Assembly: GCA_949358305.1 (NCBI GenBank)
Contig: OX442314.1
Coordinates: 27,590,001 to 27,654,000 of the forward strand
Origin: Strigamia acuminata
Lineage: Eukaryota
Reading direction: 5' to 3'
Length of the DNA: 64,000 nt
The notes under the pieces were generated by a model that made no database searches, was not told the origin of the DNA, and saw only the letters and a list, made by a program, of their open reading frames with translations. Below, piece by piece: positions 11,694 through 22,463 of the stretch. A program made the translations under genes and the position numbers. Numbering within the stretch: the first letter of the stretch is position 1; each line of letters starts with the position of its first letter.

Positions 11694-12517
11694 CTACCAC
11701 GGACGCCAAACAGGTGCGCGGCTGGTCTGATGGTGAAGTGATTCCTTGTGCGACATGAGGACGGCCAAGGAGGCGTAACCGGTGGGCAGAACGTAGTCCG
11801 TCGGCCTGTGCGGCGGCGTAACGGTGCGTTGTGGTACGGGATGTGTGAGTGTGTGCTCGGGGATGGAGTCGGTATCACAAATGGGGGTCGAGCAGCTCCG
11901 CGGTGACGGAGGGGGCGTCAGGGAGGACGCGTGAATCAAGTCCAGAGACGGTCTCACGGGGTTGACACGTTTCGACAAGTGGGTGAGAAGTCGAGCGCGA
12001 ACACCCGTGTCGAGTCCGGGCATGTTGCCCAGACAGGCGGCCACTTCGCCGGCGCATTCGCTGTAGCCGGCGCAGAAGTCGGTGGCGTCGGTTCGTCGCG
12101 TGGACACGACGACGCGTCGTTGTTGGCGCAGTTCTCGCAAGTGTCGGACTGTCAGTTCGAGAATGTCGGCTTTTTCGAGCTTGGACGGCTCGCTGATGTC
12201 GTTTTTGTACGTCTCCACGAGCAAATCTTTTAATTCGGTCAGGCAGTTGTTGATACGTGCACGACGTCGTTTTTCCAACAGCGGTTTGATTACCTGGAGA
12301 AGAAAAATCAAAAATATTTAGAAACACGTTCAAAAATCATCGAAATTTAAGTTAAAAAAATTATTTTTTTGGTTTAAATTGTTTAAATTGTTTAAATTTG
12401 GAATTAAAAATTTACCTTTCTGTATTCGGAGGCTTTGGTGACTCCTCGTTCGGCGATAACGGAATTGATTTCGGCTTCGACGTCGTTGTAGACGTGCATG
12501 TTGTTGCAGGTATCCAT
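11694..12517 (-). CDS. HES/Enhancer-of-split family bHLH-Orange-WRPW transcriptional repressor (233 aa; exons 12517-12416 and 12293-11694)
   Basis: Exon 1 MDTCNN...SEYRK, a phase-0 GT-AG intron at 12415-12294, then VIKPLLEKRRRARINNCL...KLEKADILELTV (bHLH), FCAGYSECAGEV...LLTHL (Orange) and terminal WRPW*. Confidence 0.95.
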
Positions 12518-12580
12518 AGTGAGAGCTGAGCAAGAGACGTGTTGCGTGTGCTGGCAAGTATCGGAATGTCGTGAGACAGG

Positions 12581-12677
12581 CACGCGCTCCCCTTATATAG
12601 CGGTGAGCAGGTGCGAGCAGGTCTCGTGCGCTGGCGTGGGAACTGGCTGGCGCTCGCCTTCCCAACGCGTTCCCACG
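12581..12677 (-). promoter_or_regulatory. HES proximal promoter: TATA box, proneural E-box and Su(H) paired-site-like element
   Basis: TATATAA (minus) at 12593-12599; CACGCG at 12581; GCAGGTG at 12607; CGTGGGAA at 12635-12642 with inverted TTCCCAAC 16 nt away (12659) and TTCCCACG at 12670. Confidence 0.8.
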
Positions 12678-13459
12678 CAGGGTCTCAGGAAGCGCGCATT
12701 GTGCTGCAGGGTCGTTCGCGCTTGGCTGGCGATGGAATGTCGAGTCCCCTGCGCATCTGGCGCCCGATGCCCCTGGCAACTCAAGAGTCTTTGCTGTTTT
12801 TCGAGGGTGGATGGGTGTCACGTGCAACCGATTTGTGTCATCTCGGATTTCGAGAACCATTTAAGTTTTTCATAAATCGGGCCGAGTTTTACATCAAAAT
12901 AAACAACGAAAAAGTTTGTTTTTGTTTTTGTTTTCCGGGATTTGATGAAAGAATTTAAACGTTTTCCTGGAGATTGATTAATTGGTAAATGATTTTGTTT
13001 CATTTAATTGGTTTTGTTTATTTTTTTTTACTAATTTTATTTATTTTGTACTTTTTTTCACTTAATTTCAATTATTTTGTACTTTTTTTTTCACTTGATT
13101 CCATTTAGTTTGAACTTTTTTTCACTTAATTTCATTAATTATGGTAATTATAATTACTTTTCGCAGTTTTATTACTTTTGTTCATTTTTTTAAAATTTAA
13201 TTTCATAAATTTGATTAATTTTTTTCTGTATGACCATAAATCTTAAATTATTTCCCGCAATTTCATAAATTTTAAAACATTTTATTTATTAATTTAATTT
13301 TTAATTTTTAATTTTTATTTTCTTATCAATATTTTCAGATAGTCGAACACAATTGACATTTCTCCCGCTTTTCGGTCGTTTTCGGTTCCCAACGATCATT
13401 CAATTTTAATTTCCCGACATATCCCATTGACAAGCCAAGTTATGATCTCCATACGGAAC

Positions 13460-14235
13460 GTCGCGTGCCCTTTACAATGGGCACACGTTGCACATCCCCT
13501 CGCTACAGCGACCTGTTTTGTATCGCGGAGGAAGGGGGAGGACGGGGGAGGGTCGAGCGAGTGTGGCAGCAGGTAGGTGGAAATATGAGGGTCGGCGAGT
13601 CGAGCGTGGGAACTCGCAACCAACAGTCTTCCCAGTAGCGGCATGTGCGTAGCGTGTGTGGGGCAGATCGCAGATGCAGCGCCACCTAGGGCGAGGGTCG
13701 GGCGCGAGTCGACCACGCGCAAGCACGTGGCCAAGTGCAGTAGGCGGAAGAAAGGAAAGGCGCATCCATTTAGCAGCAAATCGACCCAGCCCACATTCGT
13801 ACCGTGATTTTACCCAACAAATAAAAAGACACAACCCGCCATTTTTATTTCCAATTAATTCGTCACGTTCGATGAAAATTGTATTTAAATAAATAATTCC
13901 GTAAAAAAAATCAATTTTCGATTTCGTTGCAGTTTTAATTGCGAAATAAATAAAAATCGCGGATCGATTTGTACAAACACGCTAATCGGCGATTATGTGA
14001 TGAGGAAACTGCATCTCATTCATTCATTCATTCATTGGAATGCTGCCGCGCGCATGACGTCACGTGCCAGGTGTGCGATACCCCGTGGGAACGCGGCGTT
14101 CGCGCGTTCTCATCGTCGACACGACCAGCCGATAGACAGGGGAGAAACTCACCTGCAGAGGGAAGGGTGTTGATAACGGTGTGTGCCTGCACCTTTGGGG
14201 GCTATTGAGTGGTCATGTGATCATGACTCATGGCC
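13460..14235. promoter_or_regulatory. Candidate upstream HES enhancer modules
   Basis: CGTGGGAA-N16-TTCCCAGT at 13605-13636; CAGGTG at 14068 followed by CGTGGGAA-N15-TTCTCATC at 14084-14114; TGACGTCACGTG at 14055; TGACTCA at 14224. Confidence 0.6.
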
Positions 14236-14305
14236 ACCACTGAGGTCCACCAACAAATGTCTCGTTAATTTGATTTTATCACGTTTTATTAAATTTTATA
14301 ATGTT

Positions 14306-15125
14306 TGTGGTGACCCAGTTGGATAAGTGTCCCCCCAGGGCGGATGCTTGTCCTCTGAGTCACTGTGATTGAAGAGTCGTTCCCCCCCGAGTTGGCTCCA
14401 CCTCCCCATGGCAGGTGTGTGCCCCGAGGGGGAGGAAGCGGCTGATGGTCAGCCCCCATTGGTTGATCGCCGGCCCTTCACCCCACTGCATAAAAGGCTG
14501 TGTTTCCCGCCTAAAGTCAGAACTTACACAAACGACACCAAGAACACAGCAACTACCTCACCGTCAGGCCAACTTCAACTACAAGTTAGGATTGATCGAG
14601 GATCGCTGAGTAAAGTGCAAACTGTAACTCTCACGAAGTCACTTGCGAGCTATTCCTGCGAAAGCACGAGAATAGCCCTTGTGAAATCACCCAGAATAAT
14701 CGCCCAGACGATTATTCGCCGAAGTAAGTGTCCGAGTGCTTTGTAGGGAACCCCAAAGTTCCTAGACGAGGCCTCTGCGACGCTAAACAAACCCTAGACA
14801 ACAGGCACGGATAGAAGACTCGAAAGAGCATTCCACCGCGTCCGTGAAGACGAATCCGTGACGAATTAACGACAACTCGAGACGCCGCCTTTGTTCCGCC
14901 GACCACGCGGAATCGACGACGCCATCTTGAGAAATCCTTTGTTCGACGCTGACCACGTCGACTCTAGAATTATTACTGAGTGTATTTTAAAGGCATAAAG
15001 CCTGGTGAATAAATTACCTGTTTATTTACATACATTTAGTATTCATTTGGGTATTTGCATAATTGATCACAGGTAAAGTATTACACGTTAGCGCTATTTA
15101 AACCTATACAAAGTAGGACGCGACA
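14306..15125 (+). repeat. 5' LTR of gypsy element A
   Basis: Direct repeat of 26353-27172. The ORF translations across both copies are identical. Confidence 0.97.
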
Positions 15126-15219
15126 CGTGGGGGCCTGGCCGGGATTTAGAAATAAATCTCAAATCTGAACTTGTGATCTCTCAATAAGATAACCCAAATC
15201 GTAGAATTACCGAAAGAAA

Positions 15220-18200
15220 ATGTCAGACAAAGACGAGCAATCCACGTCTGAAACCGAGCAGAGAATGCCCGAGAAGGGAAAAAGGACCTCCGACTACCAC
15301 CTGAGATCGGATGGTCCCGTCCCTGAAATGTCCGCAAAGGCGAAAGCCCGAGCGAATAAAAGGAGAGCGAAGGCGCAGAAAGAGGAGCAAGCTGCATCGC
15401 TCGCGGCCCTAGACGGGCCAGAGCGAGAGCGGGTTCCCTTGAATATGCAACCCTTCGAGGATACCGATCCGGAAGCCATAGAAAATCGAGAAGAAATTCG
15501 CGACGTATCGCCAGGACGAGTATCGATATTGATGACCGAGGAGACGAATGAAGCTCCGAAAATAACGGTCACGGTCGGCACGAACCCATCGCCACCCACG
15601 GCTCAGACGTCCGTGGAGCAAACCCCACGAAAAAACGACGGCGGGACCCCGATAACCCCCCGAGTTACGGCGAGTCCTGCGGTTGTTTCCTTCGAGGTAT
15701 CTCACCTAATTCGGTTGACACGGCAAGCTGCCCAACTGAAAGCGATGATAGACATTCCAGTAGGAACGTCAGTCTGGGAATCGATTACTCTACTCACTGA
15801 CGCTATCTGCGCGGCACAAGCCCCGACGCCGGTCGCAAGACCAGCAGCGGAGACGCCCATGCCCCAGGTAACGCCCAGTGACACCGGAGGTTTCGCGCCA
15901 GACCCCAACCGGGCACTTCACCAATCCAGAGAGAAGGCCCGCGAAGAAGCCAGACAAGAAGCGACTAATCGCCAACGAAGACTGAGCGCAGAGCGGCGAG
16001 AACTCTGGAAGGAAGAGGAAGAAAGGGAGCAACGCGAAAGAAGAACCACCGAGAGAACAGAAAAACTGGTCCAAAAAATGAGGGAGGAACGAGAAGCTAA
16101 AATTCGAAAAGAATGGAACGCCACGGTGGAAGGGCGACATCGAGAAGCTCAAGAGTACGAGGACCAATTTCAAGCGCTCGTAGCTCAAAGAAAAGCAGAA
16201 AAGCTACAAATGTTGCGAGAAGAAGCCATTTTACAACACCAAAAATGGGAAGAACAACATCGCGAGAGGTTGAGAGAAGAGGAAGCCAGAAAAGAAAAGG
16301 AACAGTTCCTGAAAGAGAAAGAGGAATGGGACCGAGTCAGATGGACCGAAGAGTACAAAGCAAAGAAACAAGCCATAATAGATGAGCAAAAAAGATGGGA
16401 AGCCGAAAACTGGGAGAAAGAAACAGAAAAGTTCCAAAAAGAGTACGAACAAGGTGTCTCGGGCAGGAAGAAAAGGGAAGAAAACCCGAAACGGAAGTCA
16501 GAACCCCCAAGCGGCTCTGATACCGACACAGGAGAAGATGCAGCAAAGCCGGCAAAAACGGCAAAAAGGGGGAAATCTCAAAAGAGAGACGGATCGGTCC
16601 CAAAAACAAAGGACCGTCACCCCTCAAAAAGATCCGAGACGGGAGCAGCCATCGACGCGTTACTCGAAAAGAAAAACGCAAATAAAAATCGGGAACGCCC
16701 CGAGAGCGAGGAAAACAGATGGCATTCTTTTTGCGAGAACAACGACGGAGGGGAGCCGCCGCCATCCGAAGGCTCGAAACAGAAGAAGGCTGGCGGAGAG
16801 ACCCCACCGAGAGGGCCGAGGTTTCACCCCCAAGGAGATCCCTCCGAGCCCTCCGATTCGTCGGACGACGACCATCCGAGTCGACCGTCTACAGGAAGGA
16901 GTCAAGAAGGCAGCGATGGGCACCGGTCGAACCGGCCGAATGCTTCAGACCGCTCTTCCCGGAGCTCCAACCCTCGTTCAGAGGAAGGGAACTTTCAGGA
17001 CTCATCTGGCCGACATTACACGATGTCTGAGCTAGGCCGAGCCCTGCTGAACTCTTTCAGAAGAGAAGGAATCGATCTAGGCCATCCAGGCGACGAACAT
17101 AATCGCGCTGGAGAGAGGGTTAAGCGCAAATATGGCGTACGAAACGAACCAAGCAGTGAAGCCACGGGTAACATCCGCTGGCAACACTATATTCAAACGC
17201 GATTTGACGGTTCGTGGAAGGCCGGAGACCGCTTCCTGGACGAAGTAATGCGTATCAAGAAAGCGACAAAAGCCACCGTCGCCGACATGCTAACCCACGG
17301 GCTAGTGGAGCTAACTACGGGGTCAGCTCGAGAATGGTACCAGGGACTGAAAAACCCAACCTGGGACGATTTTCTCGTCCGTTTCGATCTCCGATACGGC
17401 GAGACTCCAGACGAGATCAGTAACAAATTACGGGGTCTACGACAAGCCCCAGGAGAAACATTAGCCGACTACGACGCCCGAGCGAAACTCCTGTTTGCAA
17501 GAGCGCCGTACGAAATAAACCCCGCTGGTTTTACGATGATCTTTTACGGAGGATTATCGGCCCACTCGCAAAGAATTCTGCTAGACATGCGTGCACCCCG
17601 CACTGGCGATTACCAAGATGTCAGTAACTATCTTCTAACAAACACGTTAGAAATAGAACAGCGGTATTACGCCACTCTGCCCCCGGAAGAAGCTGACGCG
17701 CACGAGAAGCGGTTGCAGACGAGCGCCGAACGCCACAAGACCTCAGAAAAATTAATGAGGCCAAGTGAATATTTGAGCGGCATAATGAGTCTCACCGAAG
17801 CATCCTTCGGACGAATGCTGACGCCTAAAGCAGGCAGTATTCTTCCAGCCAACCCGATAGCTGCCCCAAAGAAAGCACCGGCAGCGACGGCGATGCAGGT
17901 GACCTCGACGGACTCCACCCAGATGGAGAAAGTCGAAGAGACAACACCTCTCGCCACGGCTAAAGAAGAGGAGCCAGCATCGAGCGACGAGGAAGCCCTA
18001 AATGAGCACCTCGAAAACTTATCGACGGGATGCGACGATCAAGGTCCCTATTTGCACCATGCACACCGGGCCTTGGCAATCACACAATTCAGAGCACACG
18101 TGCAAGCAACAAAAGCGAGAGGAGCATTGGGAGGAAAAAGACGATTCCCGACGCCCTTCGTCCCGAAAAAACCGGGATTCACTCCCACAGGGGATAAAAG

Positions 18201-18360
18201 TAACATCAAATGTTACAGCTGTGGAGAATACGGCCACTACTCAGATAAATGTGAGAAAACCGTCAAAGAAAAGGACATCATGCAAACCATGATGAAAATG
18301 ATGATGGAGTTAAGAACTGATCTGGCAAAAAACTTCCAAGCGCAGGCGTCGCCGAAATAA
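15220..18360 (+). CDS. gag: Gag polyprotein of element A (1046 aa; long coiled-coil region, capsid-like region, CCHC knuckle)
   Basis: Follows the PBS; AREWYQGL..TWDDFL..F capsid-like motif; CYSCGEYGHYSDKC zinc knuckle. Confidence 0.92.
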   Translation: MSDKDEQSTSETEQRMPEKGKRTSDYHLRSDGPVPEMSAKAKARANKRRAKAQKEEQAASLAALDGPERERVPLNMQPFEDTDPEAIENREEIRDVSPGRVSILMTEETNEAPKITVTVGTNPSPPTAQTSVEQTPRKNDGGTPITPRVTASPAVVSFEVSHLIRLTRQAAQLKAMIDIPVGTSVWESITLLTDAICAAQAPTPVARPAAETPMPQVTPSDTGGFAPDPNRALHQSREKAREEARQEATNRQRRLSAERRELWKEEEEREQRERRTTERTEKLVQKMREEREAKIRKEWNATVEGRHREAQEYEDQFQALVAQRKAEKLQMLREEAILQHQKWEEQHRERLREEEARKEKEQFLKEKEEWDRVRWTEEYKAKKQAIIDEQKRWEAENWEKETEKFQKEYEQGVSGRKKREENPKRKSEPPSGSDTDTGEDAAKPAKTAKRGKSQKRDGSVPKTKDRHPSKRSETGAAIDALLEKKNANKNRERPESEENRWHSFCENNDGGEPPPSEGSKQKKAGGETPPRGPRFHPQGDPSEPSDSSDDDHPSRPSTGRSQEGSDGHRSNRPNASDRSSRSSNPRSEEGNFQDSSGRHYTMSELGRALLNSFRREGIDLGHPGDEHNRAGERVKRKYGVRNEPSSEATGNIRWQHYIQTRFDGSWKAGDRFLDEVMRIKKATKATVADMLTHGLVELTTGSAREWYQGLKNPTWDDFLVRFDLRYGETPDEISNKLRGLRQAPGETLADYDARAKLLFARAPYEINPAGFTMIFYGGLSAHSQRILLDMRAPRTGDYQDVSNYLLTNTLEIEQRYYATLPPEEADAHEKRLQTSAERHKTSEKLMRPSEYLSGIMSLTEASFGRMLTPKAGSILPANPIAAPKKAPAATAMQVTSTDSTQMEKVEETTPLATAKEEEPASSDEEALNEHLENLSTGCDDQGPYLHHAHRALAITQFRAHVQATKARGALGGKRRFPTPFVPKKPGFTPTGDKSNIKCYSCGEYGHYSDKCEKTVKEKDIMQTMMKMMMELRTDLAKNFQAQASPK

Positions 18361-21300
18361 ATTCAGCTTCGTCTGCGCCAGCCGCGGAAATTAAAAAGAA
18401 GAAATATCACACTGGACCCGCAGGTCATGCCTTGGCAGAGGCACAGATCAAAGACCGCATACAGATCGTTCCGAAGAAGGAGGAAAAAGTGACGTTAACG
18501 AGTATGCAAGTGAGAACGAAACCGGAGGTCGACATGGATTGGACGGACCTTCCGTTCAATCTGGAGGTTGAGCCCCAGACATTACGCGTATTTCACTGCA
18601 ATGTCACGAAAGCACATTGCGAAACTCTGTGTATGCTGCCAGTGGAGATAGAAAACCAAAAATTGTTCGGTCTACTGGATTCAGGAGCGGATCGTTCATT
18701 CATATCCGAAGATATAGTAAAAGACTTGGATATTGGAAAGAAGGTGGCACAAGTGAACGCGAACGTAGAATTGCTCACCGCCAACGGCTACGTCAAGCCG
18801 AAGGGCGTAGTTCGCATCATGATCGACTGGACGGGGGGGAACCTGTCCCACCCCTTCATAGTCTTGCCATCCCACGACAAAGTATTCCTCCTAGGGATGG
18901 ACATCATGGCGAAACTGAAAATTCAGCCAAACCCGATAACCCGTTCATGGAACTGGATAAGTCCCGAGGGAGAACGGTCAGTCCCCGTAGTTCCCCAAAA
19001 ATTACTGGACGAAGCCAAGGACAAAGAGGAATACGGAAGAGGATTGCGAAAATTCGTCCAAGATTACGATTTCGCAGCCTTCACTCTGGAATTACAGAGG
19101 AGTAACGTCGTGGACACCCTGGTCGGGGAGGCAGCACTGCGTGTTAACGAGGCATCGCTACTAAGGCGAGTGCTTCGAAAGCATGAAAGAATTCTGACCA
19201 AGACACCTGGTCGAACGACGGAAGCAACACACGAAATAGTCTTAACCACAGACAAGCCGATTCGAGTGCCTTACAAGGGGATGAACCCCCAGAAAAGAGA
19301 CATCGTGACGCAAATGTGCCAAGACATGCTCGACAAGGGCATAGTAACGCAAGCCCTGGGCGAATACGCCATGCGGATCGTCCTGGTGATGCGTCCAGGC
19401 TCGGAACCTCGACTATGCATTGATTATCGCCCCCTGAACGCGATAACGGTTATTGACCCGATTCAGATGCCGTCTATAGACTCGATCCTCCGGGAACTGA
19501 GCCCGTTCAAGTGGGTAACCACCATGGACCTGTCAAAGGGGTATTGGCAAGTGGAGCTAAAACCCGAAGACAAACTGAAAACGGCTTTCTACTCCCCGAT
19601 AGGAAGACTAATGTTCAACGTGATGCCGTTCGGGCTTGTAAACGCCCCGAGCACGTTCCAGAAACTGATCGAAAGCGTGTTGGGAGATATGCTGCACGAC
19701 TTCGTGTGGGCGTATCTCGACGACATCATAATAACGTCGGACACATTCGAAGAACATATAGACCACATCGATAGAGTGGTCTCTCGCCTAGCCAAGGCAG
19801 GACTCCACATCCATCCAGGGAAGAGCAAGTTTTGCAGGAAAGAGCTTGCCTTCCTAGGATATCGAATAGGAGTCGAGGGAATCGCGATTGACCCCGAAAA
19901 AGTCAAAGCAATAAACGGATTCCCCGCCCCCGAAGATATAAAAGGTGTCCAGAGATTCATGGGCATGGTCAATTTCTTCGGCCGACTACTCTCTGGTCTG
20001 GCTGAAGTGGCCGCGCCTATAACGGATCTCTTACGAACGGATAAAGAGTTTGAGTGGACGGTCCAGTGCGAGGCCGCATTTAGCACTATCAAGCAAATGC
20101 TGGCTGACGTCGAAAAGATGCCATTGCCGGACCTAAACCGACCGTTCGTGTTGCACACCGACGCGAGTAAAATCGGACTGGGTGCAGCCCTTCTGCAGAC
20201 CCACGTGTACAACGGAATCTCGCAAGAAGTACCCTGTATGTTTATAAGCAGAAAAATACAGGGCGCGGAGAAAAATTATACGGCAACGGAACTAGAATGC
20301 CTAGCCGTAATTTGGGCAGTTCGGAAATTTCGCGACTATCTGGAGTACACGAACTTCGAGGTTCAGACAGATCACCAGGCACTAAGCTGGTTGATGAAGC
20401 TCAAGGAACCCTCCGGCCGACTCGCACGATGGCAACTGGAGTTAATGGCGTGCGATATAACAATTACGTACCGCCCCGGGAAGTACAATCATGTGGCCGA
20501 CGCCCTCTCGAGAGCCCCAGCCTCTGACCCCCAGGGACCAGACGACGACGGCGAGGACGACACCCACCTCTTGTACTGCCCGACTCCACGGAGAATATGG
20601 CGTTTGCGAAAGGCGAACGAGCTACCAGTGATGGAGCCTGAAGATAGAACGTTTTGTGGTTTTTGGACTCGAACATACCAGCCAGCTGGGACAAACAATT
20701 CAACATCCGAAATTCAATCTCCGCCCCCCGGAGAAACCCACAAAACACTACTACGCGCCTTCACAGCAAAAATTGAAGAAAAAACACAATACGCTCCACC
20801 CACGAGACGTGAGTTCGTCGAACACCAGGCAGCAGACACAAAATGTCAAATTATAACGCAATATTTGCTGAACGGCGAATTTCCGGAAGGGATGACAAAC
20901 CCACACCGCCGGAAACAGTTCGTCAAAGAAGCAACAAGCTACCTCATAGATGATGAACTCCTGGTAAAATACCACCCGACGTTTCAAGATGACCTCAGCG
21001 GAGCGGGAAACTCGGTTAAAGTGGTCGTGCCGGCATCGCTGCACACCCGACTGTTGTGGCTGATGCACGGACACCCGCTCGCCAGCCATTCTGGCGTGGC
21101 GAGGACCCTTTATCGAGTAAAACAACTTTTCTTCTGGCCGGGCGCGCGGCAAAAGATAACGAAATTTATCCGACACTGCCCCCGGTGCCAAGCGTGCAGA
21201 CCGCGAGATAAAGTGGCCAGAAACGCCATGTCTCTCGGACCCTACGCACCGTTTGACTGCTTAAGCATAGACTTGATGGGCCCCAAGCCCACAACGGGAA

Positions 21301-22463
21301 ACAAGAACATGTATATTCTCGTAATTATGGACGTGGCCACCCGATGGCCGGAGCTGTACGCCCTCGCGAAGCCCTCGGCTGAAAACATAGTCGAGTGCCT
21401 TTACGACGTGGCAATGCGATTTGGGTTTCCCAGAAAACTCATTTCGGATAACGGCCCCCAATTCCGATCGAGAATATATAAGGACTTCTGTAGAAAATTT
21501 AAAATGGATGCATCAAACACCTCCACGTATAATCCTCAGACAAACCCAGTCGAGAGATTAAATAAAGACATAAAATATGCGCTGACAGTATTCACCGATA
21601 TTCACAATCGATGGGACGAATACCTGCGAGAAATCGCTTTCAGCATTCGCTCAACCGTGTCAAGAACACGCGAATTCTCACCGGCGTACCTCAACTTCGC
21701 CCGCGAATTAAGGATGCCATGGGACCCACGCGTTGCCGAAGCTGTTAACGTATTAGACCCATCGAGCCCACACGAGTACGTGTGCCGGTTGGAACAGACT
21801 ATATCCGACACATACCAGCATATGATGGCGCATATTTTCAACATGAGAGAAAGAATCGCAGATAAAGAAGGCGATCTCGCTTTCGCGAACTTTAAAGTGA
21901 ATGATCTAGTGTGGAAGGAGGCACACACGTTGTCCAATGCAGCGAGGGGCATCGCCGCAGGTTTAGCCGACAAGAGGGACGGTCCCTATGTAATTGTGGC
22001 CGAACACGGCGGCAACGCATACCAACTACGCCGCTTAGAGGACAACAAAAATTTTCAGTCGATACATGGCCGAGATTTAAGGCCATATCTGCCAGAGTTT
22101 CCCCAAGAAATCTGGCTGGAAGGTCAGACACACAGCGGCCAAGGGGGCACCGTGGTCGACACGTTCCAAAAAACAAATGAAGCTGAAAATATAGCGGAGG
22201 ACGAGGATGAATTCTTCGACGCCGAATCTCCGGCCGACGAGGCTCCAGCACAGCCGGAGCAAGCAATTTCGGAGAGGGAGGAAGCAGAAGAAAGTACTTC
22301 TGAAATGGAAAATAAAAAAATTAGTAATGAGAAAAATGCCAACACATCGGAGATGAACGAGCAAGTAGAGTCACGATCTACGAGCACGTCGAAAATCAAC
22401 CTTCGACCACGACGAAGCAATAATCCGTTCATTCGGGACGGCAAAGTCGTGGGGAAGAACTAA
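18333..22463 (+). CDS. pol: Pol (protease-RT-RNase H-integrase) of element A, expressed by -1 frameshift from gag
   Basis: LLDSGA protease, YLDD RT, TDAS RNase H, HGHP..H..C..C and DDE integrase motifs. The -1 frame is open from the A AAA AAC site at 18327-18333. Confidence 0.95.
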   Translation, partial: LPSAGVAEINSASSAPAAEIKKKKYHTGPAGHALAEAQIKDRIQIVPKKEEKVTLTSMQVRTKPEVDMDWTDLPFNLEVEPQTLRVFHCNVTKAHCETLCMLPVEIENQKLFGLLDSGADRSFISEDIVKDLDIGKKVAQVNANVELLTANGYVKPKGVVRIMIDWTGGNLSHPFIVLPSHDKVFLLGMDIMAKLKIQPNPITRSWNWISPEGERSVPVVPQKLLDEAKDKEEYGRGLRKFVQDYDFAAFTLELQRSNVVDTLVGEAALRVNEASLLRRVLRKHERILTKTPGRTTEATHEIVLTTDKPIRVPYKGMNPQKRDIVTQMCQDMLDKGIVTQALGEYAMRIVLVMRPGSEPRLCIDYRPLNAITVIDPIQMPSIDSILRELSPFKWVTTMDLSKGYWQVELKPEDKLKTAFYSPIGRLMFNVMPFGLVNAPSTFQKLIESVLGDMLHDFVWAYLDDIIITSDTFEEHIDHIDRVVSRLAKAGLHIHPGKSKFCRKELAFLGYRIGVEGIAIDPEKVKAINGFPAPEDIKGVQRFMGMVNFFGRLLSGLAEVAAPITDLLRTDKEFEWTVQCEAAFSTIKQMLADVEKMPLPDLNRPFVLHTDASKIGLGAALLQTHVYNGISQEVPCMFISRKIQGAEKNYTATELECLAVIWAVRKFRDYLEYTNFEVQTDHQALSWLMKLKEPSGRLARWQLELMACDITITYRPGKYNHVADALSRAPASDPQGPDDDGEDDTHLLYCPTPRRIWRLRKANELPVMEPEDRTFCGFWTRTYQPAGTNNSTSEIQSPPPGETHKTLLRAFTAKIEEKTQYAPPTRREFVEHQAADTKCQIITQYLLNGEFPEGMTNPHRRKQFVKEATSYLIDDELLVKYHPTFQDDLSGAGNSVKVVVPASLHTRLLWLMHGHPLASHSGVARTLYRVKQLFFWPGARQKITKFIRHCPRCQACRPRDKVARNAMSLGPYAPFDCLSIDLMGPKPTTGNKNMYILVIMDVATRWPELYALAKPSAENIVECLYDVAMRFGFPRKLISDNGPQFRSRIYKDFCRKFKMDASNTSTYNPQTNPVERLNKDIKYALTVFTDIHNRWDEYLREIAFSIRSTVSRTREFSPAYLNFARELRMPWDPRVAEAVNVLDPSSPHEYVCRLEQTISDTYQHMMAHIFNMRERIADKEGDLAFANFKVNDLVWKEAHTLSNAARGIAAGLADKRDGPYVIVAEHGGNAYQLRRLEDNKNFQSIHGRDLRPYLPEFPQEIWLEGQTHSGQGGTVVDTFQKTNEAENIAEDEDEFFDAESPADEAPAQPEQAISEREEAEESTSEMENKKISNEKNANTSEMNEQVESRSTSTSKINLRPRRSNNPFIRDGKVVGKN

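Noticed and set aside
14369..14746. ORFs inside LTRs (also 31269-31595, 43664-44179 and their copies)
   Set aside because: Mostly non-ATG starts and no recognisable motifs; duplicated only because the LTRs are duplicated.
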